A DNA stretch of 39,240 nucleotides from a virus. Lineage: Duplodnaviria > Heunggongvirae > Uroviricota > Caudoviricetes. Below the pieces are notes generated by a model, which did not search any database, had not been told where the DNA came from, and saw nothing but the letters and a program-made list of their open reading frames with translations. This document shows positions 7,765-16,289 of this stretch, one piece after another (within the stretch, counting starts at the first letter, position 1; every line of letters starts with the position of its first letter). The stretch lies in IMG/VR virus record IMGVR_UViG_2634166457_000020, positions 1 to 39,240 of that record, one strand, 5' to 3'. A program made the position numbers and the translations under genes.

Positions 7765-8580
7765 ATGAGCAGACATGCAACAGATTGGGCCTGGGAGACA
7801 GATCCAGGTAGCTCGTCATTAAAGCTCATACTGCTCTCGATGGCTGACAGAGCCGATGAATATAACCTCTGCTACCCCAGCATAGAACGCCTCGTTAAAG
7901 ACACTTGCCTGAATAAAAAAACCGTGCAGGCCGGACTTATATCGCTCATGAAAATGGGGCTTATTTCAGATACCGGAGAGAGAAAGGGGGCGACGAAAAG
8001 AGTGCGGGTTTTCTCTCTTAATATAACCAAAAAAGGGAACATTAAAGGCAACCTGGAAGGGTGTAATGAACCCGAAAACGGTAATGTTCCCGAAAACGGG
8101 AATATACCCAAAAACGGGATGTTGAATGATCCCAAAAACGGGATGTTGAATGATCCCAAAAACGGGATCCAGAACCAGTCATATAACCAGTCATTTAACC
8201 AAGAGAGGGAGAGCAGGACAAAAAGCGGGGATTCTGTGCCTCATGACCCCGGCGCAAACAACGCCGTGATGAATAACTTTGTTCCTCCTGGTGGGCCAGG
8301 GCAATTAGGCAAATTTGTCATGCATGAACAATGGCAACCATCAGATGACTTTCTTCGGAAAAGCTCATTGCAGGGGATCTACCTGGACAGTCTGCCAACG
8401 GCACAGGAACTTGCAGAGTTCAGAATTTACTGGATGGCTGAGGGTAAGGCATACCATCAGGCACAGTGGGAGCAGAAGCTGGCAAGGAGGCTGCAGATTA
8501 GCAGACAGAAGCAATCAACATTACCTGATAACAACGTTCCGCACTGGAACAGCCCTGAAGCATGGGAGGATTTCTTGTGA
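7765..8580 (+). CDS. Replication initiator, lambda O-like, 271 aa, with repetitive NG-rich linker
   Basis: N-terminal winged-helix-like region, internal repetitive linker encoded by iterons, position immediately upstream of a lambda P homologue. Confidence 0.65.
   Translation: MSRHATDWAWETDPGSSSLKLILLSMADRADEYNLCYPSIERLVKDTCLNKKTVQAGLISLMKMGLISDTGERKGATKRVRVFSLNITKKGNIKGNLEGCNEPENGNVPENGNIPKNGMLNDPKNGMLNDPKNGIQNQSYNQSFNQERESRTKSGDSVPHDPGANNAVMNNFVPPGGPGQLGKFVMHEQWQPSDDFLRKSSLQGIYLDSLPTAQELAEFRIYWMAEGKAYHQAQWEQKLARRLQISRQKQSTLPDNNVPHWNSPEAWEDFL
8071..8196. repeat. Five direct iterons CCC(G/A)AAAACGG(G) at 8071, 8089, 8107, 8131, 8155 plus two AACCAGTCAT repeats; candidate origin of replication inside the O-like gene
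   Basis: Direct repeats at 18-24 bp spacing, including an exact 24-bp tandem duplication (8107-8130 / 8131-8154), followed by a moderately AT-rich segment. Confidence 0.55.
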
Positions 8581-9362
8581 ACAACGTTTTTACCGCGATA
8601 CAAAACCGTGACGGAGAAGCTCTTTCTCGTATGTCAGGTTATGAGCATCAGTACACCAACAATGACAACGTGGTGAACATGTCAGCAGAGAGGCTTGTTG
8701 ATGCCCTTTTCAAACAGTTGAAACAACTGTTTCCGGCGGCAGTGGTAACCAACCTGAAGACGCCAGAGCAGGAAGTTGCTGCAAAACAGCAGTGGATTGC
8801 TGCGTTTGCCGAAGGGGGGATCCGAACCCGTGAACAGGTTTCTGCTGGTATGCGCCACGCCCGCGCCAGTGAATCTCCGTTCTGGCCGTCGCCAGGGCAA
8901 TTTATCAAGTGGTGTAAAGACAGCAAGATGGTTCTTGGCGTCACCATTGACGATGTGATGGCGGAGTTTCACCGGTACAGCAAGGAAAAAAGTTTATATC
9001 CTGGTGGTCCCGAAAGATTCCCGTGGCGGCATCCGGTTATGTACTGGGTCGTATGTGATACCCGCCGTGCAATGTATCAGCGCCAGCTTAGCGAGATTGA
9101 GGTTGAGAAACACGCGCGCAGGCTGCTCGATGATTGGGCGAAAAAGGTGGCTTCCGGACAGCAGATACCCGATCCGGTGATCAGCATACAGGCAAAGCCA
9201 GAGCCCATGAGTACACCTCCGGACACAGGGATAGACGTTTACCATCCACAAGGGCGAAGTTTCGGGTGCATGCCTAACGCCGCCACCCTTAGGGGAATAA
9301 CACCGGCGCAGTGGCTGATGGAGGAATACAGGCGGGGAAAGGCGGTAGGATTTATCAAGTAA
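8562..9362 (+). CDS. Lambda P-like replication protein (helicase loader), about 262-266 aa; start uncertain (ATG 8562 or GTG 8577)
   Basis: Clear similarity to remembered lambda P core: QWIAAFAEGGIRTREQVSAGMRHARASESPFWPSPGQFIKWCKD vs lambda RRQWVLAFRENGITTMEQVNAGMRVARRQNRPFLPSPGQFVAWCRE. Confidence 0.8.
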   Translation: MGGFLVNNVFTAIQNRDGEALSRMSGYEHQYTNNDNVVNMSAERLVDALFKQLKQLFPAAVVTNLKTPEQEVAAKQQWIAAFAEGGIRTREQVSAGMRHARASESPFWPSPGQFIKWCKDSKMVLGVTIDDVMAEFHRYSKEKSLYPGGPERFPWRHPVMYWVVCDTRRAMYQRQLSEIEVEKHARRLLDDWAKKVASGQQIPDPVISIQAKPEPMSTPPDTGIDVYHPQGRSFGCMPNAATLRGITPAQWLMEEYRRGKAVGFIK

Positions 9363-9479
9363 TACCAGCGCGATAGCGCATTTTTTTACGTCTACATAAT
9401 TACCTGTTAGGTAATAAAATGTTCTAAAATCTATTGATTTCGTGTCTTATGTGGTTTTTAATTACCTCAGGGGTAAATC

Positions 9480-9824
9480 ATGAGAAAACAGATGCAGGCT
9501 CTTGGTCGACTCAAAACAGGACAGATGAACAAAACAGAATCTGCGTATTGCCAGCACCTTGAGCAGCGTAAACGTGCAGGGGAAATCGCCTGGTATCGAT
9601 TCGAGGGTATCAAGCTGCGGTTAGCTGATAACACGTTCTATACGCCCGATTTTGCTGTGATGCTCGCCACCGGCGAGATGGAACTGCACGAAGTGAAAGG
9701 TTTCTGGACCGACGACGCCAGGGTGAAAACCAAAGTCGCCGCAGATCAGTATCCGTTCCGAATCATCGGGGTAACGGTTAAACCAAAGAAAGCAGGTGGT
9801 GGCTGGAACATCGAAGAGTTCTGA
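9480..9824 (+). CDS. Hypothetical phage protein, possibly PD-(D/E)XK nuclease-like (DUF1064-like), 114 aa
   Basis: Motifs TPDF ... ELHEVKG suggest a D-(E)xK active site arrangement; low certainty. Confidence 0.45.
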   Translation: MRKQMQALGRLKTGQMNKTESAYCQHLEQRKRAGEIAWYRFEGIKLRLADNTFYTPDFAVMLATGEMELHEVKGFWTDDARVKTKVAADQYPFRIIGVTVKPKKAGGGWNIEEF

Positions 9825-9885
9825 ATCGACGATCTTTTTAGTTATCAATGTTATCAATAAGTTATGTGGATAAACGAGGGTAAAG

Positions 9886-10515
9886 ATGGAAAGTAATATC
9901 AAAGGGTTAGTTTCCGCCGGGCATGAGATGGCTTCGGAACTGAAAGCAGAATGTGGTGCCGTTGATATGCGCAGTGTGGCAAAGCTGATCAGCGATTTGG
10001 CAACGCAACTGGAAGTGCAACTGGTGCGTGCTAATGCGCTGGCCGAAGACCACCAGAGAGCGATTGAGTCAATTAAGCAGGCTGATTCGGCTGTTAAGTT
10101 GGCACACGAGAACTTTTCGGCGCTGGCGGCGGAGAATATAGCACTGAAATCTGCACACCCTCAGCAATTCGGTCAGAAAATGATGGATGCATTGGTTGCA
10201 TTGGTTGCATATGAGGAATGCCAGGACGATGTACCAGAAAGAGGAATGCTTAATGCGTTCTTCATCCTTCGTGACAGTGTTTGCATTGACACTCCTGCTA
10301 CTGGCGCTTTCCTGGCGGAAGTGCGGGCGCAGGGGGTGGATGCTGCTATAGGAGCTGCAAAAAATCTGGTGGCCCAAGAATATGAGTATAAGGATTTCAA
10401 AGCGGCGCAGAGTGATTGCTGTATGCACCCTGGTTCAGACCTGGTAGGGAAGGTTGAAATGACTGAGTGGTTAGTTGACTTTGCTGCCCAGCTTCGCAAA
10501 GGAGGCAACCAGTGA
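9886..10515 (+). CDS. Hypothetical protein, 209 aa
   Basis: ORF with coding character in the nin-like region; no recognisable motif. Confidence 0.45.
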   Translation: MESNIKGLVSAGHEMASELKAECGAVDMRSVAKLISDLATQLEVQLVRANALAEDHQRAIESIKQADSAVKLAHENFSALAAENIALKSAHPQQFGQKMMDALVALVAYEECQDDVPERGMLNAFFILRDSVCIDTPATGAFLAEVRAQGVDAAIGAAKNLVAQEYEYKDFKAAQSDCCMHPGSDLVGKVEMTEWLVDFAAQLRKGGNQ

Positions 10516-11096
10516 GCGAAATTAATTACCAGGCACTGCGTGAGGCAGCACAGAACGCGAAAGATTTAGGTGAGATTAAGAATTACAAGCGAGGTGAGCA
10601 AGCTGTTGCCGAATTTGAGTCCTTAATAACGCCACACATTGTGCTGGCGCTTCTGGATGAACGGGAAAGGAACCAGCAATACATCAAACGCCACGACCAG
10701 GAGAACGAGGATATTGCGCTTACGGTAGGGAAGCTGCTAATCGAAAACGGCCGGCTTGTTGCCGATACGCTACGCCACTTAGCTGATAACGAAATCGACT
10801 CTGATTATTTTGCTATCACCTCAACGAATGAGAACGGTACTGAAATTGATCATGAGATGGCTATTACCGATTACGCACTGCAAGCTGCCGGAACTGTAGA
10901 CGAATTGGTTGCGGCGTTGGAATCCGCAGAGAAGCGCATTGCAGAACTGGAAGCACGGGAAATACTGCTCCCGGAACGTAGCAGCATGCTTCATCGAACA
11001 GATTTTCACGATGATTACCAAACGGTAATGGCATACAAAGTTTCTGAAGTCATCGATGCAATCCGCGCTACTGGCATTCGCATCAAAGGAGAGTGA
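10512..11096 (+). CDS. Ead/Ea22-like protein, 194 aa
   Basis: N-terminal NYQALREAAQNA and C-terminal coiled segment ESAEKRIAELEARE resemble Ead/Ea22-like lambdoid early proteins. Confidence 0.5.
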   Translation: MSEINYQALREAAQNAKDLGEIKNYKRGEQAVAEFESLITPHIVLALLDERERNQQYIKRHDQENEDIALTVGKLLIENGRLVADTLRHLADNEIDSDYFAITSTNENGTEIDHEMAITDYALQAAGTVDELVAALESAEKRIAELEAREILLPERSSMLHRTDFHDDYQTVMAYKVSEVIDAIRATGIRIKGE

Positions 11097-11097
11097 T

Positions 11098-11613
11098 ATG
11101 GCGTTAACACACCGCGAACTCTGTCAGATTGCGTACAATTTTCTTAAGCGCAATGGGTTCAAGGTTTGCTTTCATGACCGCTTTGTTGCTGTAACCAGCA
11201 CTGGAGAACAGCCAGATGCTATGGGATTCAGAAATTCAGCATCATGCCTGATAGAGGCGAAGTGTTCTCGTGCTGACTTGTTGGCAGATAGAAAAAAGCG
11301 TTTCCGTAAAAATCCCTCTCTTGGCATGGGCGACTGGCGATTCTTTATTAGTGAGCCGGGAATTATTTCAGTTGAGGATTTACCTCCCGGCTGGGGATTA
11401 CTTCACGTTGTTAACGGAAGAGTACGGAAAGTACATGGATGGCCCAAGGGGAATTGCTGTTGGGGTAACCATGAAGACAAACCTTTTATTGGGAATAAGC
11501 AGGTTGAATGCGATTACATGTTATCTGCATTAAGGCGCATGGAGTTGAGAGGGCACCTTAATGAAATATATGACGGTGTAATTGTTAATAAGAAAGAAGG
11601 AAACGCGGCATGA
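11098..11613 (+). CDS. Hypothetical protein, 171 aa (start at MALTHREL with AGGAG-like SD)
   Basis: ORF 11056..11613 trimmed to the ATG preceded by aaaggagag; no confident domain. Confidence 0.45.
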   Translation: MALTHRELCQIAYNFLKRNGFKVCFHDRFVAVTSTGEQPDAMGFRNSASCLIEAKCSRADLLADRKKRFRKNPSLGMGDWRFFISEPGIISVEDLPPGWGLLHVVNGRVRKVHGWPKGNCCWGNHEDKPFIGNKQVECDYMLSALRRMELRGHLNEIYDGVIVNKKEGNAA

Positions 11614-12197
11614 TCACTATTACCAAAGAGCGACTGCTGACAATCAAGCAGTGGCGCGAAACATACGGACCGGGTAGCAACGTTGTACTGCCAGCAGAAG
11701 AAGCGGAAGAACTGGCACGGATTGCACTGGCATCGCTGGAACGCGAACAGATTCGCCACGAGCATGCCAAATGGTCTGACTCCACATTTGGCTGCGTTGG
11801 CCCCATTGGTCCGCTGAAACATCTCTCAAAAGAGGCACTGGAAGCCGCAGCCGAACCAGACGATCTTAGCGAGTGGGCTGATATGCAGTTTCTGTTGTGG
11901 GATGCACAGCGCCGTGCTGGCATCAGCGATGCTGAAATTACCGCTGCTATGGAAGATAAATTGAAGATCAACATGGAGCGCCAGTGGCCTGAGCCAAAAG
12001 ATGGTGAGCCTCGCTTGCACATTAAAGAACCCGGCAACTCTCCGGTAATTCCGGATGGTTGGGTTATGGTGCCGAAGGAACCAACTCAGGCCATGATTAA
12101 AGCGTGGCTATCAGAGATTGCTAACTTTCGCGGTCATGCTGCTGGTTACAGGGCTGCTATTGAGGCAGCACCACAACTGGAGGTTAACCGTGGCTAA
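11610..12197 (+). CDS. DUF550-like phage protein, 195 aa
   Basis: Sequence HEHAKWSDSTFG ... SEWADMQFLLWDAQRRAGI resembles the DUF550 family common in lambdoid prophages. Confidence 0.45.
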   Translation: MITITKERLLTIKQWRETYGPGSNVVLPAEEAEELARIALASLEREQIRHEHAKWSDSTFGCVGPIGPLKHLSKEALEAAAEPDDLSEWADMQFLLWDAQRRAGISDAEITAAMEDKLKINMERQWPEPKDGEPRLHIKEPGNSPVIPDGWVMVPKEPTQAMIKAWLSEIANFRGHAAGYRAAIEAAPQLEVNRG

Positions 12198-12471
12198 CCT
12201 GCAACTTGCCGTCAAAGGTGAATACTTCGATGCCATGATTCGCGGGGAGAAAACAGAAGAATATCGCCTGTGTAATGACTACTGGAATAAGCGAATTATG
12301 TTCAGGGAGTATGACCGCCTGATTATCACAAAGGGATACCCGAAGCGCGACGATTCCAGCCGCAGAATTGATATTCCGTATGGCGGATATGAAATCAAAA
12401 CAATCACACATCCGCACTTCGGCGATAAACCGGTAAAGGTGTTCGCGATAAAGGTGAATATTGATGGCTAA
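12190..12471 (+). CDS. Hypothetical small protein, about 93 aa (GTG start with GGAGG SD)
   Basis: ORF 12118..12471 trimmed to GTG at 12190 preceded by ggagg. Confidence 0.4.
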   Translation: MANLQLAVKGEYFDAMIRGEKTEEYRLCNDYWNKRIMFREYDRLIITKGYPKRDDSSRRIDIPYGGYEIKTITHPHFGDKPVKVFAIKVNIDG

Positions 12472-12802
12472 ATCAGCAGCAGAGCGCAAAGCCGCTCAGA
12501 GAGCCAGACAAGCTGAATCCGGTGTGCGTAAGCTGGAAATTATGCTTGATGCTCAGGAAATTGAAATGCTGGAGCGTAACTGTGCCACGCGTCGCCCCGG
12601 GCGTGCGCCTTACGAATTTGGTGAGTATATAGCGTTACTGATCCGCCAGGATGATGCACGCGTGCGTGGGCGTATGAAATCGATCAGCAGAAAACGTTGC
12701 GGTAAGTGCGGAGAGAGAGTTCCTGTGAATTCATGCCCGTGTAATGGTGACTCGCAATGCTGGGTGACTAAAGGCTGGCATGAAACGAAATTAATAGTGT
12801 GA
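12464..12802 (+). CDS. Putative DNA-binding regulator: ribbon-helix-helix-like N-terminus plus C-terminal zinc ribbon, 112 aa
   Basis: RKLEIMLDAQEIEMLE resembles an RHH strand-helix; C-terminal CGKCGERVPVNSCPCNG is a four-Cys zinc-ribbon pattern; stop abuts palindrome AGTGTGACATGTCAC. Confidence 0.45.
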   Translation: MAKSAAERKAAQRARQAESGVRKLEIMLDAQEIEMLERNCATRRPGRAPYEFGEYIALLIRQDDARVRGRMKSISRKRCGKCGERVPVNSCPCNGDSQCWVTKGWHETKLIV

Positions 12803-12819
12803 CATGTCACGAAGGTGTT

Positions 12820-13032
12820 ATGCCAAAAATACGCTACGACCTTGAAGATATGAGAGATAACTCAGCAAATTTTCCGAAAGAGGTTAAATTTCTTATGAAT
12901 AAGTATGGTTGCGCCAGGAGGGATATAGTTATCGACAGTCAGCACCCTTGCGGTGAGGATGTAATTTTCATTCGCGGTAAATGGGAAGGGTATCTTGACG
13001 AGAGTTTTTACGATGAATTTGATGGACTTTGA
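12820..13032 (+). CDS. Hypothetical small protein, 70 aa
   Basis: ORF between the palindrome at 12796-12810 and the terminator at 13038-13063. Confidence 0.35.
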   Translation: MPKIRYDLEDMRDNSANFPKEVKFLMNKYGCARRDIVIDSQHPCGEDVIFIRGKWEGYLDESFYDEFDGL

Positions 13033-13037
13033 ATACT

Positions 13038-13063
13038 GCCGCCAACTATGGCGGCTTTATTTT
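13038..13063 (+). terminator. Rho-independent terminator upstream of terminase genes (GCCGCC-AACTAT-GGCGGC plus TTTATTTT)
   Basis: 6-bp GC stem followed by T-rich tract. Confidence 0.6.
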
Positions 13064-13097
13064 GCATGGTACTATTACCACAACGGTAACTATTACC

Positions 13098-13703
13098 ATG
13101 GTGGTTATGATGCCTGCTGAACCTAAAACCTATAAACGCAAATCAACGCAATTTAAGCCACTAACAGCAATGCAGGAGGCTTATTGCCAGTCATACATCA
13201 AAACGCCTGAAAACCAGACTCAGGCTGCGATTAACGCAGGATTCTCCCCAAATACAGCGGCAGTTAAAGCCAGTGTCATGATGCGCGATGAACGCATTCA
13301 GAAACGGATTGCCGAGTTGATGGAGGAGCGCAACAAACGAATGCGCGTCAGTGCTGATTACGTTCTCATGCGCCTGGTGGAGATCGACCAGATGGACGTG
13401 ATCGACATCCTCAACGACGATGGGAGCCTTAAACCAATCCGTGAGTGGCCGAAAATCTGGCGCACTACGCTTAGTGGCTTTGATCTGTCGTCGACCATCA
13501 TGAACATGAACGAGGATTCGATAGAGACAATCCTCAAAAAAATTAAATGGCCTGACAAGGTGAAGAACCTTGAGCTGATTGGTAAGCATGTTGATGTCAA
13601 CGCGTTCAAAGAACGTCTGGATGTTAATGTGAATGTGACAATTGCTGATCGCATAGCAGCAGCCAGGAAGCGACTCAAAGAACGTCAGGATGGTAATCAG
13701 TGA
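13098..13703 (+). CDS. Terminase small subunit, about 201 aa; start uncertain (13098, 13107 or 13110)
   Basis: Sequence YCQSYIKTPENQTQAAINAGFSPNTAAVKASVMMRDERIQKRIAEL resembles the HTH-type terminase small subunit family; stop overlaps the large subunit start (GTGA). Confidence 0.7.
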   Translation: MVVMMPAEPKTYKRKSTQFKPLTAMQEAYCQSYIKTPENQTQAAINAGFSPNTAAVKASVMMRDERIQKRIAELMEERNKRMRVSADYVLMRLVEIDQMDVIDILNDDGSLKPIREWPKIWRTTLSGFDLSSTIMNMNEDSIETILKKIKWPDKVKNLELIGKHVDVNAFKERLDVNVNVTIADRIAAARKRLKERQDGNQ

Positions 13704-15175
13704 CAGATACAGCGTTATCTCCTGAAGAGCAGTTGATCGAGGATATTGCAGGGTTCACTCACGATCCGCTTGGCTATGCCCTCTATGCGTTCCCGTGGGG
13801 GGAAGAAGGGACTGAACTGGCACATGCTACCGGCCCACGTCAGTGGCAGGCTGATGCGTTCCGAGAGATACGTGATCACCTGCAGAATCCAGCGACGCGC
13901 TATCAGCCGCTTATGCTGGCACGCGCTTCTGGTCACGGTATTGGTAAATCCGCATTCATCTCAATGCTGATCAACTGGGGCATGTCCACTTGCGAGGATT
14001 GTAAGGTCGTGGTGACCGCCAACACCGACAACCAGCTACGAACGAAGACCTGGCCGGAAATTATCAAGTGGTCGAACCTTGCTATCACGAAAGACTGGTT
14101 TACCTGTACCGCTACCGCGATGTACAGCAATGATCCTGGGCACGACAAGCGGTGGCGAGCTGACGCAATCCCCTGGTCTGAGCACAACACTGAGGCATTC
14201 GCCGGACTACACAACGAGCGCAAACGCATCATCGTGGTATTCGATGAAGCGTCGAACATTGCGGATCTGGTGTGGGAAGTTGCTGAGGGTGCGCTTACGG
14301 ACGAAGACACTGAGATTATCTGGGTGGCGTTCGGAAACCCTACACGTAACACCGGGCGTTTCCGCGAATGTTTCCGCAAATATAAACACCGCTGGAAAAC
14401 TGCGCAGATTGACAGCCGGACGGTGGAAGGCACTAACAAACAGCAGTTGCAGAAATGGGTTGATGACTACGGGGAAGACAGCGACTTCGTTAAAATCCGT
14501 GTGCGCGGCATATTCCCGGATGCATCTGAATTGCAGTTTATCCCTACCGGACTTACTGACGAGGCAATGAAACGGGTGGTCACCGCTGCGCAGGTTGCAC
14601 ATGCTCCGGTGATAATCGGCGTTGACCCGGCATACTCAGGCGTTGATGACGCTGTGATATACCTGCGGCAGGGGCTGCACAGTAAGGTGCTGTGGACTGG
14701 CAACAAGACCACTGACGATCTGATTATGGCGAAGCGTATCGCTGACTTTGAAGACCAGTACCAGGCTGACGCAGTGTTCATCGACTTCGGTTACGGAACT
14801 GGTCTGAAGTCAATCGGTGACGGCTGGGGTCGTACATGGCAACTTGTTCCGTTCGGTGGCGCGTCTACTGACCCGCAGATGCTCAACAAGCGTGGGGAGA
14901 TGTTCAACTCATGTAAGACATGGCTGAGGCTGGGCGGCATGCTGGATGACCAGGAAACTGCAGACGACCTGTCGGCGGCAGAGTACAAAGTTCGAGTGGA
15001 CGGTAAAATCGTTATCGAACCGAAGGAAGATATCAAAGAGCGACTTGGGCGTTCGCCGGGTAAAGGCGATGCGCTGCTGCTGACGTTTGCTTTCCCGGTG
15101 TCGAAGCGCCTGCGACTTCCCGGGCAGCAGAACCAGCAAGGCAAGGCGCTTACCGAGTACGATCCATATGCTTAG
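13700..15175 (+). CDS. Terminase large subunit, 491 aa
   Basis: Walker A-like LARASGHGIGKSAF, Walker B-like IIVVFDEASNI, C-terminal nuclease-like region; typical size and position. Confidence 0.9.
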   Translation: MTDTALSPEEQLIEDIAGFTHDPLGYALYAFPWGEEGTELAHATGPRQWQADAFREIRDHLQNPATRYQPLMLARASGHGIGKSAFISMLINWGMSTCEDCKVVVTANTDNQLRTKTWPEIIKWSNLAITKDWFTCTATAMYSNDPGHDKRWRADAIPWSEHNTEAFAGLHNERKRIIVVFDEASNIADLVWEVAEGALTDEDTEIIWVAFGNPTRNTGRFRECFRKYKHRWKTAQIDSRTVEGTNKQQLQKWVDDYGEDSDFVKIRVRGIFPDASELQFIPTGLTDEAMKRVVTAAQVAHAPVIIGVDPAYSGVDDAVIYLRQGLHSKVLWTGNKTTDDLIMAKRIADFEDQYQADAVFIDFGYGTGLKSIGDGWGRTWQLVPFGGASTDPQMLNKRGEMFNSCKTWLRLGGMLDDQETADDLSAAEYKVRVDGKIVIEPKEDIKERLGRSPGKGDALLLTFAFPVSKRLRLPGQQNQQGKALTEYDPYA

Positions 15176-15768
15176 TCTTTATTTTTATCCTCGAAACCTG
15201 ATAATCCAGATAGAACACCAAAGTTATTAAAAACGTCTGGCTTACCAGATTTTAATCCGGATAAGTTGTGTTGCTCCAAAAAGTTGCTAATTGTTTGGCC
15301 GTTGCCAAGTGCAAGACTTTTTATTTGAGATTTTTCAGGGTATTTGAGTTTGTATTCGTCGAAATCATTTTGGAGGGTCTTATATGCCTCATTCATTCTT
15401 CCCAGAGTTTCCGATATCTCTTTTAATGAATGATTTAGAGCTGCTAACTGAGCACTGGCGGATCTCAATTCGTCATCTTTAGCTTTCAACTCGGCAGTCA
15501 ATTCCCCCATACTATTCTTTGATCGAATAATCTCTTCTTTCATCTCTTGGATGTCTTTTTCCGCGCCAGTCTTAACTTTGTCGTATGTAACATCTTTTTT
15601 AGCCAATAACCTCTGCAGTCTGGTTTCACGCTGGATTTTTCTTGCCTTCAGGTGATTATCGATTGAGTCATTATTATCAAGAGGCTTTGCTTGCCATACG
15701 TTAATGATATTGTTTACCCATGGTAATAGGCAGCAGATAGCAATTACAGATAAGCATGGATAAAACAT
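15172..15768 (-). CDS. Moron-encoded membrane-anchored coiled-coil protein, 198 aa
   Basis: N-terminal hydrophobic anchor LSVIAICCLLPW then long K/E-rich heptad-like region; AT-rich, antisense to the late operon; stop overlaps terminase stop (TTAG). Confidence 0.55.
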   Translation of the reverse strand: MFYPCLSVIAICCLLPWVNNIINVWQAKPLDNNDSIDNHLKARKIQRETRLQRLLAKKDVTYDKVKTGAEKDIQEMKEEIIRSKNSMGELTAELKAKDDELRSASAQLAALNHSLKEISETLGRMNEAYKTLQNDFDEYKLKYPEKSQIKSLALGNGQTISNFLEQHNLSGLKSGKPDVFNNFGVLSGLSGFEDKNKD

Positions 15769-15777
15769 AACAGTTTT

Positions 15778-15990
15778 TCATGTGCTGTTATCTGAGATAT
15801 ATGAAATTTTATCTATTATGTTTGATTTGCTAAAAAATAGATAAAGAATTGATTTCCAGTTGAAGGCGCACCAGGACATAACAAAAGCACCAAGCACAGG
15901 GTTTTTGGCTCGATTCACGGCAGTATTGGCAGTAGATAAAAACAGCTCTTTGAAGGATTCAAACATGCTAATTACCTTGAAGTTTTTCAT
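15778..15990 (-). CDS. Moron-encoded small membrane protein, about 70 aa
   Basis: Start at MKNFKV (ATG 15990..15988) with AAGG SD; hydrophobic segment PVLGAFVMSWCAFNW; 9 bp upstream of the 198-aa gene. Confidence 0.45.
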   Translation of the reverse strand: MKNFKVISMFESFKELFLSTANTAVNRAKNPVLGAFVMSWCAFNWKSILYLFFSKSNIIDKISYISDNST

Positions 15991-16025
15991 GATTATACCT
16001 TTAAGGTAATTTGCGGTCATCAAGC

Positions 16026-16049
16026 AAAAAAATGCCCGGCGAACCGGGC
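16026..16049 (-). terminator. Rho-independent terminator on minus strand (GCCCGG-CGAA-CCGGGC plus U-tract), downstream of the tRNA
   Basis: 6-bp GC stem 16034-16049 with A-run 16026-16032 on plus strand. Confidence 0.6.
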
Positions 16050-16212
16050 GAACTGGAAGCAATGAGTTATGCCTTCCGTGGCTGTACTGGTTTACAGCAT
16101 GAAGTCATCGCAATGGCGTCCTGCTGTAAAAAGGGCGGTGATAGTCCTTCAAGGGAAACCATCACCGCCAAGCCCCTGGAACTTCTGGCATCACGGTCCT
16201 TAGGCGTGATTC

Positions 16213-16289
16213 TGGCGTGGCATGCAGGATTCGAACCTGCGACCAACCGCTTAGAAGGCGGTTGCTCTGTCCAACTGAGCTAATGCCAC
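16213..16289 (-). tRNA. tRNA-Arg (anticodon UCU, reads AGA), 77 nt including encoded CCA
   Basis: Manually folded cloverleaf: acceptor GUGGCAU/AUGCCAC, D-stem GCUC/GAGC, anticodon stem ACCGC/GCGGU with loop CUUCUAA, T-stem GCAGG/CCUGC with loop UUCGAAU, discriminator G, CCA. Confidence 0.85.

Noticed and set aside
9366-9387. Possible terminator GCGC-GATA-GCGC plus T7 after the P-like gene
   Set aside because: Only a 4-bp stem; the T-run is real but the hairpin is too weak to call a terminator with confidence.
13086-13100. Inverted-order half-sites GGTAA-CTA-TTACC near the terminase small subunit start
   Set aside because: Orientation and spacing differ from the operator motif and it overlaps the candidate start codon region; probably coincidental.
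15995-16009. Operator-like site ATACC-TTTAA-GGTAA upstream of the moron as firm evidence of repressor control
   Set aside because: It overlaps the AAGG ribosome-binding site of the minus-strand gene, so the match may be incidental; kept only as a weak member of the motif list.
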